Origin: Lytechinus pictus
Lineage: Eukaryota
Length of the DNA stretch: 64,000 nucleotides
Assembly (NCBI RefSeq): GCF_037042905.1
Contig: NC_087250.1
Location: 10,728,001-10,792,000 of the forward strand
Direction: 5' to 3'
The first letter of the stretch is position 1; every line of letters starts with the position of its first letter. The position numbers and the translations under genes are program-made. The notes under the pieces were generated by a model. It was not told the DNA's origin, did not search any database, and saw nothing but the letters and a program-made list of their open reading frames with translations. Positions 39,223 to 49,452 of this stretch are shown piece by piece.

Positions 39223-39940
39223 CATATAAGGCCTCTACATTATTAAACACTTGGTGCTAATGAGGTACGATCCATATGATCGACTATTGTAATCCTTGAT
39301 CCGCCCCTTGTGAAGAGGCTACTTGCCAGGCCCTCGCCCTTGGGCTTGGCATTGGCCTTGGCAAAATGTTTTCTCAAAAATAAAATTTGAAAAGCAAATT
39401 CAAAGTTCATATTAATTTTGGTACAACTGAAACATAACAACCTTCTTTTGCCATGAATAAGTTAAATCAAGTTCAGTTAATGAAGGAATACGAAATCCAA
39501 TTTTCGTCACCAGACTTTGTCTTTGGCTTGCCTTGGTGACAGTACAATTTCGCGGGATCGCTGGGCGGGCCAGCCGGGGCCAGGCGATGGCATACAAGCA
39601 GAGCTGCAGAGCCAGCCCACAGTAGGCTAAATAGCAATGAAATAATTAAGCTTCATGTATGTCTAAATAAAACTGGTGGTTAACTATCAACATTGGCTTG
39701 ATTATTTAATTGGCATACTGGAAACACCTCTAAAAAGCGTTCCGTGTTTATTCCGTACTTAGTTAGGGCCTGTATAAGCCTTAGCGTCGGCGTAATGCTG
39801 GGTTCCTCGTAAACCCATGGCCCAAGCAGTACCGTAGTCTATTAAAAACATTCTCATTTGTCATTATATTCCAGTAATATTTCTTAGTCCATTACGGGTA
39901 AAAAATATAATGTAGTTATAAAAAACACACATACACTTAC

Positions 39941-39961
39941 CGGTACGTAAAATACCTCCAT
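39941..39961 (-). CDS. Putative first coding exon (MEVFYVP) of the IS3EU transposase
   Basis: GCGAAC ATG GAG GTA TTT TAC GTA CCG|GTAAGT: a phase-0 donor matching the phase-0 acceptor at 28909; located just inside the subterminal repeats. Confidence 0.45.
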
Positions 39962-40064
39962 GTTCGCCTTCAGATTAGTTCGTTTCATCATGAAATAATT
40001 TGGACGGACAAAACATAGCAGCAGGCTACAAACTGCATTGAATTTAATGCATCCAGGTGCAAAA

Positions 40065-40463
40065 ATCTTGTCATCTGATCGTCTCTTCTAAAAGATGTCG
40101 ACATGACCAGATCCGGGATCTTGTCATCTGATCATCTCTTCTGAAAGATGTCGACATGACGAGATCCAGGATCTTGTCATCTGATCATCTCTTCTGAAAG
40201 ATGTCGACATGACGAGATCCGGGATCTTGTCATCTGATCATTTCTTCCACAAGATGTCGACATGACGAGATCCGGGATCTTGTCATCTGATCATCTCTTC
40301 TACAAGATGTGGACATGACGAGATCCGGGATCTTGTCATTTGATCATCTCTTCTAAGAGATGTGGAATTGACGAGATCCGGGATCTTGTTATCTGATCAT
40401 CTCTTCTTAAAGATGTGGACATGACGAGATCCGGGATCTTGTCATCTGATCATCTTTTCTACA
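40065..40463. repeat. 53-bp subterminal tandem repeat (left of Tx1 insertion)
   Basis: Unit AAAGATGTCGACATGACGAGATCCGGGATCTTGTCATCTGATCATCTCTTCTA, about 7.5 copies. Confidence 0.95.
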
Positions 40464-41465
40464 GGTGAGGAATTCTATCATGCCTTGTCTAAGTCTGTTG
40501 CTAGTGACGCAATTTTAGGAATACAACGAATAGGATCGTTATGGAGAATCTACCTTGGTACGCAAGAAGACAGGGTTAAGCTCATCACTAGTGGTCTGCA
40601 AATGAGGCAAACAAGTCTACCAGTGTACGATACGAACCCATTCACAAAAACAAATAATGAGGAGTTAACCAGGGTAACGATCAAGGATATTCCCTTATCT
40701 GTCGGGGATGACCTCGTGAAATTATCCCTTGAAAAATTGAAATGTAACGTAAAGAGTCAAGTGATCAGACAGAAGTTACGAGTAAGTGGGCAACTCATTA
40801 ACTGTTTGAATGGAGACCGTGTATGTTATATAGAGCCACCATCACAACCTCTGCCGAGAATGATCAACGTCGCAAATATATTTCGGGGCAGAGCTTTCCA
40901 CGCCGGTCAGCCCGAGCAAACAAAGAAATGTTCAAAATGCCTAGAAAATGGCCACCACTCATCGCATTGCACAAATGATATCAAGTGTAGAATTTGCAAA
41001 CAACCTGGGCATAAGAGCACTAGCTGTCATACCGTCGATGCTAACAACGAAGCTACATCAAACGATGCTCAGACCAACACAAGAGATCAACCACTCATCG
41101 ACCACCTTTCAACACAACCAACCACTTCAAGCAATCATCAACACGTAAGCACATCAACACAGCACGCAACACAAAACAAAACGGATGAGCGGGAAATCCC
41201 CGGGACACCAGCGGTGATGACTCATCGTAGCGATGACGCAACTACTGTTCGACCGAAGATTACTCGCCAACCAATTATTTCACAATTTCTACGTCCAAAA
41301 TCAACATCGCCATCAAGCTCCGACTACGCCACTGATGACTCCAGCACACTCTCATCAGGTCAGAATACCCAGGAAGAACGGATAGCTTCTCCACAAAAAA
41401 GCACACCCCAGCAGAAAGTTCAAAAGAGGAAATCGGAAAGAAAGAAATTGACCAAAGCAAAGTGA
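40464..41465 (+). CDS. Tx1-type ORF1 (gag-like, two CCHC zinc knuckles), 5'-truncated
   Basis: The frame is open from the element start; CSKCLENGHHSSHC and CRICKQPGHKSTSC; TRVTIKDIPLSV...CLNGDR; low-complexity basic C-terminus. Confidence 0.85.
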   Translation, partial: GEEFYHALSKSVASDAILGIQRIGSLWRIYLGTQEDRVKLITSGLQMRQTSLPVYDTNPFTKTNNEELTRVTIKDIPLSVGDDLVKLSLEKLKCNVKSQVIRQKLRVSGQLINCLNGDRVCYIEPPSQPLPRMINVANIFRGRAFHAGQPEQTKKCSKCLENGHHSSHCTNDIKCRICKQPGHKSTSCHTVDANNEATSNDAQTNTRDQPLIDHLSTQPTTSSNHQHVSTSTQHATQNKTDEREIPGTPAVMTHRSDDATTVRPKITRQPIISQFLRPKSTSPSSSDYATDDSSTLSSGQNTQEERIASPQKSTPQQKVQKRKSERKKLTKAK

Positions 41466-41541
41466 GTAAACTGAAACTCAGATCACCAAACACGGACATG
41501 GAAAAAAAAAAATCCTCGGTACGAGTGAACGAAAACAGAAT

Positions 41542-44500
41542 ATGTCTTTTTTATCCCTCAATGTAAGAGGGATCAGAAATAAACTGAAACGAAGCAAAAT
41601 TATGTTGTGGATAATTAAACAGAAAACAGATGTAATAATGTTACAATAAAGTTTTTTGACCTTTGAAATGGAATCGATAGTGAGTCGAGAATCACATTAC
41701 CAATGTTTCTTCAATCATGGCACAAACCACTCTAGAGGTGTGGCTATTTTTGTGCGTAAAGGTTACTTTGAACAGATCGAAAAGTTTTTGCACCTTGATG
41801 GTCGAGTTCTTGCGATAAGATTGAAATATGATAAAAACTCTTACCTTGTTGTAAATGTCTACGCACCAACAAAAAATAATGAACAAGAATTTTTTTTATA
41901 GTCATTTAACAGAATGGTTACGAAAAGTGTTACAAGTCAATGATTCATTGGTGCTAGGCGGAGATTGTAATTGCGTTCAAAATGCCCAACTAGATACGCG
42001 AGGTGTGTCTTATGCTTATAAAGAAAATAAGGTGTTTAAGAAACTAATTAAAAATTTCCATCTGATTGATGTTTGGAGGAAAATGTTTCCTTACAAAAAG
42101 CAATTCACCTGGCGTCAATTGTCATTAAACATATTTTCCCGTCTTGACTATTGGCTGTTAATAGATTCTTTATGCTGCTGTGTGCAAACGGTTGAAATTA
42201 AACCTGCTCCAAATTATGATCATTGTGCAATTACTTTAAAATTGACAACTAATAGTCCTCGAAAAGGATGTGGCTTATGGAAAATGAATAATTCGTTATT
42301 AAAAGACGATTATTATACAAAAAATGTGAAAAGTTTGATTAAAAAATTTATATTGGAAAATGTTATTATGAATCCTCAAATGAAATGGGATATGTGTAAA
42401 ATAAAAATTAAAGAATACACTATCAAGTATTCGAAACAAAAACAGAAAGAAAATAATGAAACTTTCAACCAATTGCAATCTGAATTCGATTCAATGAGTT
42501 ATAAGACTGATGAAAACTCATCTAATGAAAATAAAGCTGAATTAGAACAAACAAAAATTAAACTAGACCAATGGTTAACATATAAATGCAAAGGAGCTTT
42601 CATCAGATCCAGACAAAAATGGATAGAGCATGGTGAAAAGTCAACCAAATATTTTTTTGAAAGTGAAAAGAGAAACGGAAAGAGAAAAGAAATTAATTCT
42701 ATTAAAAAGAATGGAAGGGTTATTACAAACCAGGAATCTGTTCTTGGAAAAATATTTCAATATTATAAACATTTGTACTCTAAAACAAACAATGAAGTTG
42801 AATCGTCTGATATTGATGACTATTTAGATTCAACTGTATTACCTACGTTAACAGAACAAGAAGCATTGTCATGCGAAGGTATACTTACTGAGGAAGAATG
42901 TCGTAATGCTTTATTTTCTATGAAAAACAATAAGTCACCAGGTAGTGACGGTTTATCTGTTGAATTTTTAAAATATTTTTGGGACGATGTTAAATCCCTT
43001 ATAATAGATAGTGTTAATGAAGGTTTTATTAAAAAACAGTTATCAGAAACTCAGAAATTAGCTATATTAACTTTGCTGTACAAGAAAGGTGATAAACAAT
43101 GTCTAGATAATTGGAGACCTATATCATTGCTCAACACAGACTATAAGATTGCAGCAAAAGTATTGTGTACAAGATTAAGAGGTGTTATAGATAAATTGAT
43201 TTCTTTTGATCAATCAGGTTATTTAAAACAGCGCTCTGCTATGCAAAATCTACGTTTGGTTAAAGATATTATTAAATATTGTGAATATAATAATCACCCA
43301 GGCATTTTTCTTTTTCTTGATTTTCGAAAAGCTTTCGATACGGTTACCCATCAGTTTTTATTTCAAATATTATACAAACTTAAATTCAAAGAATCTTTTA
43401 TTACATGGATTAAGGTCCTCTATGCAAATGTTGGAGGGAGTGTCATGAATAATGGTTGGATTTCGAAAAAATTTGAAATAAAAAGAGGAATTGGACAGGG
43501 TTGCCCTCTGTCGGCTCTATTGTTTATTCTTGTTGTAGAAATTATGGCATTAAAAATAAAGCAGAATATTGATATCAGTGGTATCACTGTAGAATCTACT
43601 GTAACTGGTATTTCAAAAGAATTTAAGATATCTCAACTTGCAGATGACACTGTTCTCTTTTTAAACAACATTCAGTCTGCCAACTTATGTCTTGGAGAAG
43701 TAAAACGTTTTGGTTTCTTTGCTGGGCCAAGCCTAAATGTAATGAAAACAAATGCTGTCACTATGCAACAACAACATGCATTCATTGAAGGTATTCAATG
43801 GAATGATGAACCTGTCAAGTACTTAGGAATATATCTAACAAGTGATAAAAAAGAGTCTGAACGACTAAACTGGTTTATGAAACTTCAAAAAGTTAAATCA
43901 ATTTTAAATTTTTGGAAAATGAGAAATTTAATTTACTATGGTAAAGTTTTGATTCTTAAATCATTAGTAATTTCTCAATTTGTTTACGTTGCCTCTGTAT
44001 TACCCATCCCCCAGAAACTAATTGTTGATCTCAATAAACTGATGTATAATTCTTTATGGAATTCAAAACGAGAAAAAGTCAAGAGAGCAGTCTTAATTAA
44101 TGATATTATAAGGGGAGGACTGCGAATGATAGATCTGAAATCTAAATTCCAATCCTTACATTTATCATGGTTGAGTAGATTCTTTGAAAATGATAATGAT
44201 GCACCGTGGAAGTTTATGTTTAGATATTGGATTGAAAAAATATGTCCTATTTTATTAATTTTGAAAACAAATTGTTTCAGTAAAGATATGTTGAAGTTGT
44301 GCGTAAAACAAAAGGTACCCGACTTTTATATAGACTGTCTCATAACTTGGAGTGAACTTAAATATATTCAGTTTCCAGATATTGTAAATGTTAAAAATCA
44401 AGTTTTGTGGTACAATAGTAATATCACACATGATAGAAAACCTTTATTTTTTAAAAGATGGTTTGAAAAAGGCATTATAACGATTAATGACATTGTAGAA

Positions 44501-45307
44501 AATGGACGATTTCGGCCAAGAGAACATATTTGTCGAGTGCTTGGCTTAAATTCTTTGTTAATTGACTTTATGTATTCGAAACTGAAAAATGCGATACCAA
44601 AAATTTGGATCGAAAGAATTCTAGACATAAGTTATGCAGATAACGATGAATCAAATTCACAATACGGAAGCGACGTATTCGAAATTAGAACGCTTGATTT
44701 TATTAGACTACGATCAATGAAGTCTCGCAATTTCTATAGTTTATTGTGTGAATTTAAGAAAAGAGAACCGGCTGCTTTAACATTCTGGGAAGGTAAATTG
44801 AACCTTGCAGTTGATTTTGACTGGAAAGACACATTGAAATTTAAGTCTAAGACGTTGAAAAATAATAAAATAAAGCAACTCAACTTCAAAACTCTTCACA
44901 GGATTTTACCGTTTAGATACAACTTGTGGAGGTGGAAAATTGTAACAGACAACTTATGTATTTTCTGTAAAACAACAGAATCTTTTTATCATGTCGTTTT
45001 AGAATGCCCAAGCGTAAAGCTTTTCTGGAAACGTATTGTGAATTTGATTAATTTAATGTTTAAAGAAAAAATTATATTAAACGAAAAATTATTAATAGTT
45101 GGTTTTGATTTCTCACATGAAAAAGCAACAGATATAAATACAGTCCTTGTGTATGCTCAATATGCAATCTATTTGATGTATATGATTAACTATTTCCAAG
45201 GTAAACCATATAACAGTTATTCTATATGGCATGTGTTTAAATATGAAATTCTTTTAGACAACATCTCGGATGTTGTCTCTAAGACCCTGGATGTAAATAC
45301 ATGTTGA
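41542..45307 (+). pseudogene. Tx1-type ORF2 (APE endonuclease, RT, C-terminal CCHC)
   Basis: SLNVRGI, LQ* (stop at 41647 in place of the catalytic E), SRGVAI, NVYAP, frameshift at T8 near 41890, GGDCN, SRLDYW, DHC, KSPGSDG, WRPISLL, LDFRKAFD, GQGCPLS, QLADDT, CIFC..ES..H...C. Confidence 0.92.
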
Positions 45308-45361
45308 TTTGGCAATTGAATGAATAAATACCTCTGACACGAGGAAAAGAAAAAAAAAAAA

Positions 45362-46015
45362 ATCTTTTCTACAAGATGTCGACATTACGAGATCCGGGAT
45401 CTTGTCATTTGATCATCTTTTTTAGAGATGTGGACTTGACGAGATCCGGGATCTAGTCATCTGATCATCTCTTCTAAAAGATGTCGACATGACGAGATCC
45501 GGGATCTTGTCATCTGATCATCTCTTTTAAAAGATGTCGACATGACGAGATCCGGGATCTTGTCATCTGATCATCTCTTCTAAAAGATGTCGACATGACG
45601 AGATCCGGGATCTTGTCATCTGATCATCTCTTTTAAAAGATGTCGACATGACCAGATCCGGGATCTTGTCATCTGATCATCTCTTCTAAAAGATGTCGAC
45701 ATGACGAGATCCGGGATCTTGTCATCTGATCATCTCTTCTTAAAGGTGTCGACATGACGAGATCCGGGATCTTGTCATCTGATCATCTCTTCTAAAAGAT
45801 GTCGACACGCAGAGATCCAGGATCTTGTCATCTGATCATCTCTTCTAAAAGATGTGGACATGACGAGATCCGGGATCTTGTCATCTGATCATCTCTTCTT
45901 AAAGATGTCGACACGAAGAGATGAGGGATCTAGTCATCTGTCATCTCTTCTAAAAGATGTTGACATGACGAGATCCAAGATCTCGTCATCTGATCTTTTC
46001 GCTAGCAAGATGTCG
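45362..46015. repeat. 53-bp subterminal tandem repeat (right of Tx1 insertion)
   Basis: About 12 copies; period 53 (ATGTCGAC at 45481, 45534, ...). Confidence 0.95.
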
Positions 46016-46449
46016 ACTTCCAAAGATAATTATTTCAACATCTCGGTGGCACTTTTAAGCTTCCATACATTTCAGTGGAATATTTTGTGTTGCAATTAGT
46101 GGTGGGTTACCCCCTATTCTGGCTGGATTGACAGGACTATAGGCCTATAGTTACGCAGAATAACTGCAGTTCGGTTCGGATTACTTTAAAACCATGCGAC
46201 TAAATGAGCTTGGTTGGGGTCAGTGGGATAGATGTATAGATATACAGTTACATGTTTTCTGATTGGTTAAATTAAACTTCTATGAAAAAAATCTAGAATA
46301 GATGTGTAGTTGCATAGTTGTCATATTAATGACCTGGATCCTCATAACCGTCTCAATGTTCGTGAGTTGTGAATGATTTTATGAGGCACTTGAGATTAGA
46401 GGGTTCATAATGCCGTATTATGAAAGTGGCATTTTATTGAGTTCATTAA

Positions 46450-47232
46450 TGTATTTATAAAGAACTCACATACACTTACCGGTACGTAAAATACCTCCAT
46501 GTTCGCCTTCAGATTAGTTCGTTTCATCATGAAATTATTTGGACTGACAAAACATAGCAGGAGGCTACAAACTGCATTGAATTTAATGCATCCAGGTGCA
46601 AAAAATCTTGTCATCTGATCGTCTCTTCTAAAAGATGTGGACACGACCAGATCCGGGATCTTGTCATCTGATCATCTCTTCTTAAAGATGTCGACACGAA
46701 GAGATGAGGGATCTTGTCATCTGTCATCTCTTCTAAAAGATGTTGACATGACGAGATCCAAGATCTCGTCATCTAATCTTTTCGCTAGCAAGATGTCGAC
46801 TTCCAAAGATAATTATTTCAACATCTCGGTGGCACTTTTAAGCTTCCATACATTTCAGTGGAATATTTTGTGTTGCAATTAGTGGTGGGTTACCCCCTAT
46901 TCTGGCTGGATTGACAGGACTATAGGCCTATAGTTACGCAGAATAACTGCAGTTTGGTTCGGATTACTTTAAAACCATGCGACTAAATGAGCTTGGTTGG
47001 GGTCAGTGGGATAGATGTATAGATATACAGTTACATGTTTTCTGATTGGTTAAATTAAACTTCTATGAAAAAAATATAGAATAGATGTGTAGTTGCATAG
47101 TTGTCATATTAATGACCTGGATCCTCATAACCGTCTCAATGTTCGTGAGTTGCGAATGATTTTATGAGGCACTTGAGATTAGAGGGTTCATAATGCCGTA
47201 TTATGAAAGTGGCATTTTATTGAGTTCATTAA
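46450..47232. repeat. Tandem copy 2 of IS3EU end + flank (783 bp)
   Basis: Near-identical to 39911-46449 without Tx1; about 3.5 53-bp units; TIR ends at 46850. Confidence 0.9.
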
Positions 47233-48549
47233 TGTATTTATAAAGAACTCACATACACTTACCGGTACGTAAAATACCTCCATGTTCGCCTTCAGATTAG
47301 TTCGTTTCATCATGAAATTATTTGGACTGACAAAACATAGCAGGAGGCTACAAACTGCATTGAATTTAATGCATCCAGGTGCAAAAAATCTTGTCATCTG
47401 ATCGTCTCTTCTAAAAGATGTGGACATGACCAGATCCGGGATCTTGTCATCTGATCATCTCTTATGAAAGATGTCGACATGACGAGATCCAGGATCTTGT
47501 CATCTGACCATCTCTTTTGAAAGATGTCGACATGACGAGATCCGGGATCTTGTCATCTGATCATCTCTTCCACAAGATGTGGACATGACGAGATCCGGGA
47601 TCTTGTCATCTGATCATCTCTTCTACAAGATGTGGACTTGACGAGATCCTGAATCTAGTCATCTGATCATCTCTTCTAAAAGATGTCGACATGACGAGAT
47701 CCGGGATCTAGTCATCTGATCATCTCTTTTAAAAGATGTCGACATGACGAGATCTTGGATCTTGTCATCTGATCATCTCTTCTAAAAGATGTCGACATGA
47801 CGAGATCCGGAATCTAGTCATCTGATCATCTCTTCTAAAAGATGTCGACATGACGAGATCCGGGATCTTGTCATCTGATCATCTCTTTTAAAATATGTCG
47901 ACATGACGAGATCCGGGATCTTGTCATCTGATCATCTCTTCTTAAAGATGTCGACATGACGAGATCCGGGATCTTGTCATCTGATCATCTCTTCTTAAAG
48001 ATGTCGACACGAAGAGATGAGGGATCTTGTCATCTGTCATCTCTTCTAAAAGATGTCGACGCGACGAAATCCAAGATCTCGTCATCTGATCTTTTCGCTA
48101 GCAAGATGTCGACTTCCAAAGATAATTATTTCAACATCTCGGTGGCACTTTTAAGCTTCCATACATTTCAGTGGAATATTTTGTGTTGCAATTAGTGGTG
48201 GGTTACCCCCTATTCTGGCTGGATTGACAGGACTATAGGCCTATAGTTACGCAGAATAACTGCAGTTTGGTTCGGATTACTTTAAAACCATGCGACTAAA
48301 TGAGCTTGGTTGGGGTCAGTGGGATAGATGTATAGATATACAGTTACATGTTTTCTGATTGGTTAAATTAAACATCTATGAAAAAAATCTAGAATAGATG
48401 TGTAGTTGCATAGTTGTCATATTAATGACCTGTTTGGATCCTCATAACCGTCTCAATGTTCGTGATTTGCGAATGATTTTATGAGGCACTTGAGATTAGA
48501 GGGTTCATAATGCCGTATTATGAAAGTGGCATTTTATTGAGTTCATTAA
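47233..48549. repeat. Tandem copy 3 of IS3EU end + flank
   Basis: Same unit with about 13-14 53-bp repeats; TIR ends at 48163; similarity stops at GTTCATTAA|GAC (48549). Confidence 0.9.
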
Positions 48550-49452
48550 GACTAACAAGACATAACTAAAAACTTCTGTCACTTTTGTTTTACAATTACT
48601 AAATATTTCGCCCTCCTGCCAACCTAATTAACCATCATCAAACTTGGTTTTGTTGTGTATCTGCCAAATAGGCCAAGAGCATTTAGTTTAACATTGAAAT
48701 TTTAGGTAACAAGCTGATGTTTTCATGGTAGGTCCAGAGTTATGTGGAGAATAAGATACGAAAATCCGTAATCCAAGATGGTGTCCAAAATGGCCACCAT
48801 TCACAGAAAATAGATATAACTCACTCATTATCCACCCTTGACATCTATTTTCAGTGCACATTTCTTGGTTTAAAGAGGTACAACAATACATGTTAGAGTA
48901 CCATAAGCAGATCACATTGCCTAAAAAAAAAATCAAAGATGGCGTCCAAAATGGCTGCCAAAGCCTAAAAATCTACAATTCATATATTACGTACTTCTGT
49001 GTCTCTATTTTTTTTTCTATTCAGTGGTTAAAAGGTCAAGTAGTACATTGGGACAAGTTACAAGGACAGTCAGTGTTCAAGTATGTCAAAAAATCAAAGA
49101 TGGCTTCCAAAACTAGTCTTAACTCTTTAAATGCCGTTGGCAGCTATGCGTGCCCTTAGCCCTCTAATGCCATTGGCACGTATGCGTGCCCAGATAACTT
49201 TATTTTTTAAAACCAATTTTACAGCCAGAAAATCAACACCATATTCTCTGTTTTTTATGTTGTTATACTGGCCAGGAATTCACAATTCATTTTATCATAT
49301 AAAAAATAGTGGTTTACATAGACATTTTTTGAGTAAAATTGTATTTTTGCATCATTATTTTCAAGAGTTGATTTCGGATATTGCTGCGATCTGAATCAAG
49401 ATTTCCCCTATTGACACGTGTGATATAACGGTTGTGTGTAGCAATACACGTA

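Larger units (their letters stand above)
40464..45361 (+). mobile_element. Tx1/L1-clade non-LTR retrotransposon, slightly 5'-truncated
   Basis: ORF1 and ORF2, AATAAA at ~45324 and poly-A to 45361; 12-bp TSD ATCTTTTCTACA (40452-40463 and 45362-45373). Confidence 0.92.
22070..46067 (-). mobile_element. IS3EU-like DNA transposon (decayed, hosting many nested insertions)
   Basis: Transposase fragments at 22070-22669 and 28280-28909. Terminus GTGGCACTTTTAAGCTTCCATA ends at 46067 (reverse complement TATGGAAGCTTAAAAGTGCCAC), preceded by 53-bp subterminal repeats. The opposite TIR was not found, so linking the end to the transposase is an inference. Confidence 0.65.

Noticed and set aside
40065..48115. 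53-bp repeats as a CRISPR array
   Set aside because: The units are contiguous with no unique spacers, there are no cas genes, and the context is a eukaryotic transposon.
45854..48195. Three-copy small gene family (79-81 aa ORFs)
   Set aside because: The ORFs are translations of the 53-bp repeat and TIR within the tandem duplication.
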